Shown: one piece after another, positions 22,344 through 32,900 of the stretch
How positions within the stretch are numbered: position 1 is the first letter of the stretch
Layout of the letters: every line of letters starts with the position of its first letter
Program-made: the position numbers and the translations under genes
Origin: Chloropicon primus
Lineage: Eukaryota
Assembly (NCBI GenBank): GCA_023205875.1
Contig: CP060755.1
Coordinates: 434,001 to 498,000 of the forward strand
Reading direction: 5' to 3'
Length of the DNA: 64,000 bases
The notes under the pieces: model-generated
What the model saw: only the letters and a program-made list of their open reading frames with translations
Told to the model about the DNA's origin: nothing
Databases searched by the model: none

Positions 22344-23658
22344 TTACAGAGAAAAGTTCTTCACTTTGACGAGGACCTCGTTGCGTCTGAAGGGGGGCAG
22401 CACGTAGGGCTCGTTGTACCGAGCGAGCTCGAAACCTGGTTCAGCGTCGAGGCCGTCGCGCTCCAGCGCGGAGCGAAGCTCGGACTCCGCGGACCTGACG
22501 TCGCCCTCGAGTGGAATTCCAGGAACAGAAACAGCTGCGCAGACCGAGGACTCGGCTTCCACGACGCTGATGTCCGACGAGCTCGTGGAGGCGGCCCCCG
22601 GGACGTCGCTGGCTTTCTCGTACTTGGACTTCTCCAGCACGAACTGCATCTTTTGTTCCGAGGTCGTGTACACTGGTGTCGTCATGTTCATGCTCTCTTT
22701 CCTGTCGTTGCCCCCGAAAATGAAGCTGGCCAGGGCGTTGAAGCCTTCCCCGGTCGTCACGTCAGACGAAGACGTCGGAGTCTCGCAGACCAGATATGGG
22801 TCGTACTACGTTCAAAGGAGCGTGGGTTGCGACAAAGTCAGGGCGTGAAGCCGGGCATCGAGAGTGGGATTCGTCGGCGTACCTTTCTGACCTCGTAGTC
22901 CGCCATCCTCTTCAGAACGGTGTACTTTGGGGTATCCAAGTCCGGAGTCTGCTCCAGTTTCGTAGCTTGCTTCGCGAGATCCTTGAGGCCCTCGACGGAA
23001 AAGTACTCCTGGTTCTCGATCGAGTCCCAGGTGTCCGAGTGCCGCACGACTTTCTCCGTCTCGAGGTCGAACTCGTACCGGGACGTCCCCGTGAAGGTGA
23101 GGTCAGGCTGCCAGGGCAGAATCCTGAAGCACATTTTCATGGTCCAGCGCGTCTCGAGCGTTCTGTCCCTGCGAGGAGGAGGGGAGCCGAGTCAGCGAAC
23201 AAAGAAAGGAAGGAAGGAAGGAAGGGGGAGAGAGAAAGAGGCCCGATTGTTAAGTGGTCCGGAACTTACCCCACGGGATAGATCTTGTGGAGGATGAACT
23301 CCGGTGCGAAGACGTAGCGAAGCATCGTGATGTTGGCCAGATAACCATTGATCGAATCGTACTTCGTGATGGGGTCCTCGAACTTGACGTCGTCCGCGTA
23401 GATGCTCTTGTCGATCCCCCGCTCGTTGAAGAGGTTGTCGAGATCCTTCGCCAAAAAATCAGACATTCTGGACAGAAACGACGACGACGACGACGAGGAG
23501 GGCACAACTCCCGCCGCGTCACTCGTCGTCCGACTACTCCCGCAGTCGACCCTCCGAGGGATCGCGCGGGCGTGGCGATCCTTCCTCGCCCACAAACCTC
23601 GCAACGGACCACGACGGCACAACAACTTCCTCGATATATCGGCCTCCTTCAGAAACAT
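22344..23658 (-). CDS. SOUL heme-binding protein with N-terminal SnoaL/DUF2358-like domain; exons 23658-23270, 23168-22883, 22805-22344
   Basis: IYADDVKFEDPITKYDSINGY, TRWTM, HSDTWDSI, LDTPKYTVLK..YEVRKY, GFNALASFIFGGN, MNMTTPV, LARYNEPYVLPPFRRNEVLV; canonical introns. Confidence 0.9.
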
Positions 23659-24336
23659 GTTATGGTTGATGAACGTTGATGTTGTTGTTGGATCTGGTTG
23701 AAGAAGCTTCACAAGTTCGAATCACCTGAACAAAACCACTTCGGGTATCAATCGAAAGCAGGAGAGCCCTTGTCTCCTTGTCCTTGCCCCGTCGTTCTCT
23801 CTCTCTCTCTGCCCCAAACTCCCTCGAGGACCTCCCCTTCCTCTCGTCCCAAGAGGGCGAGTTGAGTTGAGAGAGTTGAGTTGAATTGAGTTGAGTTGAG
23901 ATAAAGCACAGTGCAGAAAAATGCGTGCGTGCGTGCGTGTGCGCGTGCGTGTGGAAAGGTCTGGACCAAGACGATCTCCCTTGGGCGCCCTCGTTCCCCT
24001 CGTCTCCTCGTTCCTGGTCCAGAATTCTCGATCGGAGAGGAGGAGGAGAGATCTGGTGTACCATAGTTTACATCCAATATGGACCCTCGGGGAGGAGCCA
24101 ATGGAGAGCGCTCGTTCTCTCGTTCTGGATAACGCGAGGGAGTTGGGCGCCGAACTTGCCAAGGTGAGGAGACGTTTGCCTAATTGATCTCTCTCTCTCT
24201 CTCTCTCTGTGTCTCTCCTGAGTGGACTGCATTGCCTGGCGTGGCGGACTGACTTGCTTTCTTGTTTGTGTTTGCCTATGCGCGAAACTCCGGCCGACTC
24301 GAAGGGGAAAGAGAGGAGAGGCTGCAGGGTTTGGTG

Positions 24337-25461
24337 ATGGTGATGAGTGGTGTTGGGGTGAGGGGGAGGGGTGGAGTGTGGAGGACCCAGGCGGCGGCGG
24401 GGTCTTCCTGCGGTGGAGGGGACCCTCTGCTTCTGAGAGTCGCGAGGGGGGAGAAGGCGGAGAGGACGCCCGTGTGGCTGCTGAGGCAAGCGGGGAGGTA
24501 CATGAAGGAGTTCAGGAAGTACTCGGACGTGTTGCCTTTCAGGGAGAGGTCGGAGACCGCCGATATTGCGGTGGAGCTGTCCCTCCAGCCGTGGAGGGCG
24601 TACAAGCCCGACGGCGTCATCATGTTCTCGGACATCCTCACGCCCTTGCCTGCCCTCGGGGTTGACTTCGACGTGGTGAAGGGGAGAGGCCCAGTCATCT
24701 CGAACACGGTGAGGAGCATGGACGACGTGGTCTCGCTGAGGCCGATGCTCGCCCCGGACGAGACCCTTCCCTTCGTGGGGGAGATCCTCTCGACCCTGAG
24801 GAAGGAGGTGAACGGGGAGGCGACCGTGATTGGGTTTGTGGGGACGCCTTGGACCCTGGCGGCCTACTCGGTGGAGGGCGGGGCCAATAGGTACTGCAAG
24901 GAGACGAAGACCATGATGTTCAACGAGCCGCAGATTCTGCACGCCCTCCTCGACCACGTCGCGGAGGCGCTCGTGGAGTACTGCTCCTACCAGATCGAGT
25001 CCGGGGCGCAAGTCATGCAGTTGTTCGACTCGTGGGCCCACCACCTGACCCCGGAGCAGTTCCAGGTCTTCAGCCTGGACTATGTGGAGAAGGTGATCAC
25101 CAAGCTGAGAGCGAGGCACCCGGAGACCCCCATACTGTTTTACGTCAACGGCTGCGGCGGAAAGCTCGAGATGCTGAGGAGCTGCACGGCGGACGTCATC
25201 GGCATCGATTGGGGCGTGAGCGTGGCGGAGGCGAGGGAGGTCCTCGGAGGCAGGACGATCCAGGGCAACGTGGACCCCATGGTCCTCTTCGGAAAGCAGG
25301 AGACCATCGAGGAGGCGGTGGACCTGTGCATCAAGGAGGGAGGGGGGCAGGGCCACATCCTGAACGTTGGGAATGGGGTCATCCAGGGCACGCCCGAGGA
25401 CGCCGTGAAGATCCTCATCGACAGGGTCAAGGAGCATTCGAGCGTGGTGTCGTCCGTGTAA
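24337..25461 (+). CDS. UROD: Uroporphyrinogen decarboxylase (start uncertain; possible upstream exon 24101-24163)
   Basis: RTPVWLLRQAGRY, QPWRAYKPDGVIMFSDILTP, GFVGTPWTLAAY, QLFDSWA, IQGNVDP, HILNVGNGVIQGTPE. Confidence 0.95.
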   Translation: MVMSGVGVRGRGGVWRTQAAAGSSCGGGDPLLLRVARGEKAERTPVWLLRQAGRYMKEFRKYSDVLPFRERSETADIAVELSLQPWRAYKPDGVIMFSDILTPLPALGVDFDVVKGRGPVISNTVRSMDDVVSLRPMLAPDETLPFVGEILSTLRKEVNGEATVIGFVGTPWTLAAYSVEGGANRYCKETKTMMFNEPQILHALLDHVAEALVEYCSYQIESGAQVMQLFDSWAHHLTPEQFQVFSLDYVEKVITKLRARHPETPILFYVNGCGGKLEMLRSCTADVIGIDWGVSVAEAREVLGGRTIQGNVDPMVLFGKQETIEEAVDLCIKEGGGQGHILNVGNGVIQGTPEDAVKILIDRVKEHSSVVSSV

Positions 25462-25542
25462 AGCGTTCATTCGTGTAAAGGCACTTGTTTACCAAAAAAG
25501 AAACAAAATCAAAGCAAAAAGCGACCCCTCTCTCCCTCTTTC

Positions 25543-26337
25543 TCACACCCACTTGTCCTTGAGCAGGTCCGTCTGCTCCACGCCAAAGCCGGAGAGAACC
25601 CACCGGTTTATGCCACCCTCGACGTGCCGCACCTTGTCCCCGTCCAAGCCGTACACCCTCGTGAGCCTCACTGTGGCCTGGGCCGACATCTCGCCGCGCG
25701 TGCACATGATGGCGAGCTTGAACCGCTTGTACTTCTGGAACTCGCCGCTCCTGTTCCAGGCCGAGAACTCCCCGAAAGGGATGTTGATCGACTGCCAGGG
25801 GAACGTGCGAGCGCGGTACCTGTTGTACTCGTCCCTCGACCGGATGTCGATCAGCAGCATCGATCCCCTCGCCAAAGAGTCGTGCAGGTCCTGCACGCTG
25901 ATCGCCTTGAACCCCATGCTCTCCGAGTACGCGCTCTCCAGGTGGTCCTCCTCCTCGCGGGGCCTCGGGGTGGCAGCCGCCTCGATCTCCTTGCTCTTCT
26001 CCGCGAGGGACTCCTTCTCGTCCTCCGTGATAGGCTTTATGGACGCCTCGAACTTGGAGTCGATCCAGTCCAGGTCGTCCCTCACGTCGTCCTCGTCGAA
26101 GCTGAACACGAAGTCCTCGCTCTCCTCCCTTCCCTGCCTCAGCAGGGACTCCAAATCGACTTCCCTCTCCCTGCCCCCCCCCTCGGGGGGCAGGGCCGAG
26201 ACCGTCGACGACCCAGTCCGCCGCAGGTGCCGATGACCCCCGACCCTGGGCAGCACCGGGACCATCACCCCGGCGGCCCCCCTTCCTCCCGCCCTCCTCC
26301 CCCTCCCGACCATCCCCCCGCTCCAGGGAGGACCCAT
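25543..26337 (-). CDS. Rhodanese-like domain protein, probably organelle-targeted
   Basis: LLIDIRSRDEY...SINIP...AIMCTRGEMS...VRHVEGGINRW. Confidence 0.8.
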   Translation of the reverse strand: MGPPWSGGMVGRGRRAGGRGAAGVMVPVLPRVGGHRHLRRTGSSTVSALPPEGGGREREVDLESLLRQGREESEDFVFSFDEDDVRDDLDWIDSKFEASIKPITEDEKESLAEKSKEIEAAATPRPREEEDHLESAYSESMGFKAISVQDLHDSLARGSMLLIDIRSRDEYNRYRARTFPWQSINIPFGEFSAWNRSGEFQKYKRFKLAIMCTRGEMSAQATVRLTRVYGLDGDKVRHVEGGINRWVLSGFGVEQTDLLKDKWV

Positions 26338-26828
26338 CCTCCCCCTCGTCCACCCACCAAAAAGTGCAGGAAGCAATCTATGTTCTATTCTATCAAAAAC
26401 CCAGGCCAACGTCAACTCAACCCAAGCAGCAAGAAGGTTGCGGTTGCTGCAAGACACGATGGGATGCCTCGCGATTCGCTCGGTAGCGCCTCCCCTCGAC
26501 GCTCTGTCGCTGCGATGACAGAGCCGTCCTGACCGATTGGCGATTGGGCGATATCAATCTTATCCACTTCTTCAGATGGATTTTTTGGGGCACTTTTTCC
26601 CAAAAAGGAACTCGCCTCAAGGAGAAGGACCGAGAGAGGTGAGTTTGGAGGCGCGGCGGTGCGCGGGGGGTGCGGGAGCTCGAGAAGACTGGCCCACCAG
26701 TGGAAGCCTTGTCTCGTGACCTTTCGTTCGACACCTTGCTCGAAACAAGCGGCGTCCTGTGTAGCGATCTGTGCGTGACTGAAACGAAAACGTTTTGTTG
26801 TTGTGTTGTTGGCGTGGAAGGGAAGGCG

Positions 26829-27437
26829 ATGAGGGGAACGAGGGGTCTGGCGAGGGCTGGAGGTCTGGCGAGGACCTTGCCGAGAGGTCGAACGGGTTCG
26901 AGGAGCACCGGCGTCGTCGTGTCGAGGAGGAGCAACACGTATGACGAGATGTTTGCCACGACGGAGGCGGACCAGGGGGCCTACCTTGCGCTGGGGGTGT
27001 CGGTGTGCTACCGAAAGGACGAGGAGGGGAAGCTGTCCGAGATCCAGGTCATCGAGCCGATCAACGCGACGACCTTGGAGACGATGAGCATCGGGGCGGC
27101 CACGAGCTTCAAGTACGTAACGGGTGTGACTTTGGGCGGCGTGCTTGACCAGGACAAGGTGTCCATGCTTCCCGAGGAGTACCAAAAGGCCGAGTTTTGC
27201 GAGGACTTCAAGAACAGGGCCGAGATCTGCGCGAGGACTTGGGACAGGCCGTACCCCCAGGAGTCCTTGATGGACATCGTGCCGCTCGGGAACGCCAAGA
27301 CGGACTGGAACTTTGACATCTCCAAGCACAAGAGAGTCCTTAACTTGGTGCACGAGGTGACGGACGAGGACAACATCAAGCAAGACAAGAGCATCGACGT
27401 GTACGGAAGGTTTGATGATGAGGAGGAGGAGGGGTGA
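26829..27437 (+). CDS. Conserved uncharacterised plastid-type protein resembling a cyanobacterial/algal family
   Basis: Transit-like N-terminus; YLALGVSVCY..VIEPI..LE..TS, FCEDF..RA..ART, KRVLN...EDNIKQ (family recalled, not searched). Confidence 0.75.
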   Translation: MRGTRGLARAGGLARTLPRGRTGSRSTGVVVSRRSNTYDEMFATTEADQGAYLALGVSVCYRKDEEGKLSEIQVIEPINATTLETMSIGAATSFKYVTGVTLGGVLDQDKVSMLPEEYQKAEFCEDFKNRAEICARTWDRPYPQESLMDIVPLGNAKTDWNFDISKHKRVLNLVHEVTDEDNIKQDKSIDVYGRFDDEEEEG

Positions 27438-27564
27438 GGGGATCGACTATTTCTCGCCTTTCACGTAAATCCTTGTTGTTTTTATTCTTCTGAAGAGAGA
27501 AGCGGGGAAAAAATCGTTCCGACGGCTTGCCCTTCCATTATTTCCACACCACTTTATTCCTTGC

Positions 27565-28701
27565 TCACTGAAAGTCGTCGTCGTCGTTGCGGCCGTCGAG
27601 GAGAGAGATGGACAGGCAGGCCGCCACGCCTATGCTCGCCAGCTGGGAGGCGCCTCTCTTGCTCCCCGCCCCCTTGGCCAGCGCCCTCTCCCTCTCCCTG
27701 GCCTGCCTCGCCATGTTGCTCCTGATGGCCTCGTAAAAGCAGAAGAAGAGGGCCGTGTGGATTCCAGAGGACAGGGACCTCGGCCCGACGCCGGTGAAGA
27801 ACCCCCTCAGCGGCCTCCCCTCCGCGATGACCCCCCGGATCGCCCCCCGGACGGTTGGCCTGGTCGAGGCCGAGCACATCATCCTCGTCTTCACGACGTC
27901 CCAAGGCGTCGTCGCCGCGGCCGACATCGCGCCCGCGATGCCGCCGATGAGCAGGTCCTCCTCCGTATTCGTCCTCCTGCCGGAGACCCTTCCGTGAAAC
28001 GCCTTGAGGGACTCGTACACCGCGAACTTCACCGCCATGTCCGGGACGTCCTCGAACACCGTCGGAAGGAAGCCGGTGAAGAGGCCCCTCGGCCCCGCGC
28101 GGTCCACGATCCTCCTCGCCGCCACGAAGACGTTCGGGTGAAGCTTCGCCTGGACGGACCGGATGCACACCGCGATCGGCACCTTGACGACACAGGAGCC
28201 GGCTCCCGCGAGGGCCCCCGAGAAGAAGGCCACCGTCCCGGCGTTCTTTTCCGGGTAGATCTTCTGCATCGCCCTCTTCGTCCAGCTGTAGAGCGCGAAG
28301 TACGCCCCGATGGCCACCCCCGCCCCGCTCGCGGCCCCGAAGACCCCGCGGTACAAGCTCGCAACCTTCCTGGCCCGGTACTTGCACAGGTGGAGGGCCC
28401 CGACGCCCCCGCCCGATCTGGCGCTCGACGACGACGACGTCGAGCCGCTCGACGTCGTCCCGGCCTGCATCCGCACCTTCACCGTGTCTATGGGGTGGAT
28501 GGTGCTCTGGGACCCCGCCCTCGCGATCCCGCCGGCAATCGTCTCCTCCATCGCGGACGTCGTCGTCGTCGTCGTCGTCGTCTTGGGCGGGGCGGTGCTC
28601 GGCGGGGAAGCAGTCGTCGCACTCGAAGCCGTGGCCAATTTCGACGCCCTCGCCGAGACGGAAAGCCCCCTCGCCCTCCTCTTGAACTTCAACACCCCCA
28701 T
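27565..28701 (-). CDS. Mitochondrial carrier family (SLC25) protein, SAM-carrier-like
   Basis: Carrier signatures HPIDTVKVRMQ and TPWDVVKTRMM; GLFTGFLPTVFEDVPDMAVKFAVYE. Confidence 0.9.
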   Translation of the reverse strand: MGVLKFKRRARGLSVSARASKLATASSATTASPPSTAPPKTTTTTTTTSAMEETIAGGIARAGSQSTIHPIDTVKVRMQAGTTSSGSTSSSSSARSGGGVGALHLCKYRARKVASLYRGVFGAASGAGVAIGAYFALYSWTKRAMQKIYPEKNAGTVAFFSGALAGAGSCVVKVPIAVCIRSVQAKLHPNVFVAARRIVDRAGPRGLFTGFLPTVFEDVPDMAVKFAVYESLKAFHGRVSGRRTNTEEDLLIGGIAGAMSAAATTPWDVVKTRMMCSASTRPTVRGAIRGVIAEGRPLRGFFTGVGPRSLSSGIHTALFFCFYEAIRSNMARQARERERALAKGAGSKRGASQLASIGVAACLSISLLDGRNDDDDFQ

Positions 28702-29195
28702 CTCCCCTCCCCTTCCCCTCGCCGCTGCCCTCCTGCTAACACGAACACACGGACCACGTCAAGTCGTCGTCACCCCTCCTCGCTCCCCCGTCCCGCGACC
28801 AAATCCTTCGAGCGACCGCTCGTTCGAAAGCCCGCGCGACGCTCTACCCAATCAACACGACGCGATTCCCTCCCCTTCCCCAAGACGAGACGCCGAGACG
28901 CCGAGACGCCTACCCCTCCTTGTGGTCGAAGCTCCCGTTTCGAAGATCTTCGCAAACCTGTGGCCCTCCGTCACTCCCAGGTGTTTTCGTTTCATACACC
29001 TGAAGTGGAAGTGTACACCTGAAGTGGAAGTGTGGGAGGGAACGAACGTGGGATGGGTCAAAAGTATTCTTACTTCTAAAGGAAAGAAGGAAAAAAGTCT
29101 CCCTCCCCTGGGGATCCTTTCCACTTCTTCTTTCTTCTTTCTCTCAAGCCTCAGACTTGTTCTCTTACAAGGACGTCTCCATCGCCGTGTTGCTC

Positions 29196-29241
29196 AAAGC
29201 AAAAGCAAAAGCAAAAGCAAAAGCAAAAGCAAAAGCAAAAG
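29196..29241. repeat. (AAAAGC)n microsatellite, ~7 copies
   Basis: Directly visible tandem hexamer. Confidence 0.95.
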
Positions 29242-29433
29242 GGAAGAAAAACTTGGACTCGGAGTCTCTTGATTTCTTTCCCTCCCTTTGCCCCTGCACT
29301 CCCTAATTCTTTCTCCCTCCGCAGGAACAAGGAACAAGGAACAAGGAAGAAAAAACCTATGGGAGGTGTGTTTCTCTTAAGTGTTCTCAAGACAGACTTT
29401 GGGGGTGTGGGCTGAGAAAGAGAAAAGAAAAAG

Positions 29434-29467
29434 ACTCCACTCCACTCCACTCCACTCCACTCCACTC
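29434..29467. repeat. (CCACT)n microsatellite
   Basis: Directly visible tandem pentamer. Confidence 0.95.
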
Positions 29468-29955
29468 AAGTGGCTTCAAGCAAGAATTTTGTCTCGTCTT
29501 GCCTCGCCTTGCTCTTGAAAGTCTTGGAAAGACGGCCTGCTTCGCTTGGCGCTGGACGGGGATTGCTTGTTGCCAACAAGAGAGAGCCTTGGGGACCGAT
29601 CTTGGTCTTCGCAACTGGAGCTTTGCTTGGTTCCATACAGAGGCGCCGGTTTGGTTTCCCCCACACGCGACACGGAGAGGGAGAAAGCACCAATATTGGT
29701 CAGGGGCTCCAGTGCTTCTCCTCAAGCGTGGTGGCAGCTCCGAATGCAAAAGGATTCAAGCCGTGCGAGAACTTCGACAGGGTGTGTGTCGTGCCTCCAG
29801 GACTCGGCCATGGTTGTGTAGGGAGGAAGCAGTGCAGGGAAGAAGAGTCGAAGTCGTGTCGAGAGAGAGAGAGAGAGGAAGTAATGAAACTTTGAACGTT
29901 GCCCTGTCAGTCGCAAGGTGGACTCGGCTTTGACGAAAGCTAAAACGTATTCACC

Positions 29956-32900
29956 ATGGCGAGGCCGTCGACGCCTAGCGGCAGGTCCTCGAGCATAAAG
30001 CGGCCCTCCATTGTCGAGTCGAAGAAGGTCGCGGAAGCGCAGCACAGCAAGGTTGTGGTGAGCGACAAAGCGGAGGGGGCACAAGATGGCACCGCGCAGG
30101 ACAGCCCGGCCGAGCTCTCGAAGAAACTTGGTGCCCAGAGGGCCCTCGGCGTTCTCGATCGGGAGAACCCCTTGAGAATGTTCGTCCACAGGATAGCCAC
30201 GAACAAGTACTTTGACAACTTCATCCTCTTCGTGATATTGGTGAATTGCATCCTCCTGGCTCTGGATCGAAAGTCGCCGAGCTTCGAGAACTCGCAGACG
30301 TACAAGGTCATAGACACGGCAGAGTATGTTTTCATAGTGATATTCACGATAGAGATGATCTTCAAGGTCATCGCGTTTGGGTTTGTGGCGGGAGAGGGGA
30401 CGTATCTCCGAGACTACTGGAACGGGCTTGATTTTACGGTAGTGCTGTTGGCGTATGTTGCCTTCCTGGGGTTGGGCAACTACACGGCCATCCGTTCCTT
30501 TCGGTTTCTGAGGCCCCTTCGGACGATAAGCGGGGTCGAGGGAATGAGAAAGCTCGTGAAGACGCTTTTGCACAGCGTTCCGACCTTGCTCGACGTGCTC
30601 GGGCTCTGTGCATTCGCCTTTTCCATTTTTGGAATCATAGCCGTCCAGCTCTTTGCTGGGCAGCTCCAGTACAGGTGCAAGCAGTACAACTACGACGCGG
30701 GTTCTGGGCAGATCTCCTGGTCCGTGCACGAGGACCATGATGGGCAGCCGTGCTCCGGACCAAGGATAAAGGCGGACTCGAGCGGGTCTTTGGTGGTGTG
30801 GAATGCGACGAGTGGCGTGCTGGAGACCGGCGCCCTGAATTACGGCCACGGGCTCCTGAAGTGTCCGGAGGACAGCTACTGCATCAAGCACGGCAATCCA
30901 AACTACGGGCTCACGTCTTTTGACAACATTCTTGCCGCCTTTTTGACGATATTCCAATCCATCTCGCTGGAAGGCTGGACGGACGTGATGTACTACACCC
31001 AGGACGCGGTGAGCCCCTGGGTGTGGATCTACTTCATCATCATGATCATATTCTGCTCGTTCTTCACGGTCAACCTGACCCTCGCGGTTCTCTACGTGCA
31101 CTTTGTGACAAACCGTGAGGACATTCCTGTGGACGAGGTCCAGAAGAAGCCCCAACGGAATGTCAAGAGCATCATAAGGAGCGAGAGCGTTTTTGCGGGA
31201 GAGGCGCCCTCGGAGATGCTGGCCATTCCGAACAGGGTGAGAGCTTTTTTCTTTGATCTCCAGGACTCGAATTGGTTCAACTACCTCACGGTGTCCTTCA
31301 TCATATTGAACACGGTGATCATGGCTCTGGAGATCCACCCGCAGGACGAGGAATGGGAAAAGCTGCAGAACAACTTCAACCTCTTTTTCACGGCCTATTT
31401 CTTGCTTGAGATGATTATCAAGCTCATCGGCTTGGGCTTTGCTGGGTACGTGGATGACAGGATGAACGTGTTCGATGGAATCGTTGTCATCATCAGCGTG
31501 ATCGAGGTCCTGAGCGCACTGGCAACGGATTCGGGCGGAGACAGCATGTTCTCCGTCTTCAGGGCGTTCAGGCTGCTGCGTGTATTCAGGTTGGCCCGAA
31601 GTTGGAAGCAGCTGAACAAGATCATCAACACCATCTTCAGGTCGGTTGCGAACATCGCGTACCTCACGTGCATCCTGGTGCTCTTCATCTTCATCTTTGC
31701 CCTGCTCGGGAAAGAGTTCTTTGGGTACAAGTTCAAGAACTGCCAGTTTGTTGAGGGGGCCAAGTCCATGTGCCCTCCCGGAAAGCTGGGCTGCCCGGAC
31801 CACTACGACTGCTACGTGCCTTGCCAAGACACCGACCTCTTCAGCGTGACTGGGAACTTCATAGAGGTCGATGGCAGCAGGTACAATGGAATGGCAAAGT
31901 GCGAGAAGTACTGCGAGGACGGCGCGATGGACTGCATGCTGACTTCGTGCGCGAGCCCGACCACGGAGTGCTTGGCCGAGGTTGGACACAGTGAAGTCGC
32001 CAGGTATAACTTTGACGACATCTTCAGCTCCATCATCTCGATCTTCCAGGTTCTCACGGGAGAAAACTGGAACGAGATCATGTACGAAGCCGTGAATGAG
32101 ACCGGGGAGGACGCTGTGTCCTTGTACTTCATCCTTTTGACGATTGTGGGCAACTACATTGTTCTGAACCTTTTCTTGGCGATTCTGCTCGACAACTTTG
32201 GGGAAGAGCCTGACATCGGAGATGTGAACATCCTGGAGGAGATCAAGTCGGTGAAAATGATCGAAAGCCAGTTTCTCAGGGTGAACTCCACGAAGAACAG
32301 CACGCTCTCCAAGCAGTATCCCCAAGATGACCCCATGAAGCCGCTGATTTGCTATCAGTACGTCAGCGAAGAGAAGCCGGACAAGTACAAGACGTACACG
32401 GGGAAAACGTTTGGTGTGATCGGCACTGAGAACAGAGCAAGACTTTCCTGCTTCGACCTTGTCAGCAGCAAGCCGTTCGAGTTCCTCATCATATTCTTGA
32501 TTATTGCCAGCAGCATTACGCTGGCGCTGGATGCCCCCACCCTCGAAGAAGGGAGCAGCTTCAAGAAGGTTTTGGAGGACCTGGACAAGTTCTTCACCGT
32601 GGCCTTCTTGCTTGAGGTCATCCTCAAGGTCTTCGCGTACGGCCTGATAAGAGGGGAGCACACCTACCTCCAGAGCTCGTGGAACATACTTGATTTTGTG
32701 ATCGCCATCATTGGTGCGTTTTCTTGGGGCATGTCGGGCGCGCAATCGTTGGAGTCCCTGCGTGCTATCAGAACCATCAGGGCCTTGCGCCCCTTGAAAA
32801 TGGCGAGCAGGGCAGAGGGAATGAAAGTCGTTGTGAATGCCCTTTTCGCGAGCATACCTTCCATATGCAACGTCGCGCTGGTCTGCCTCTTCCTCTTTGT

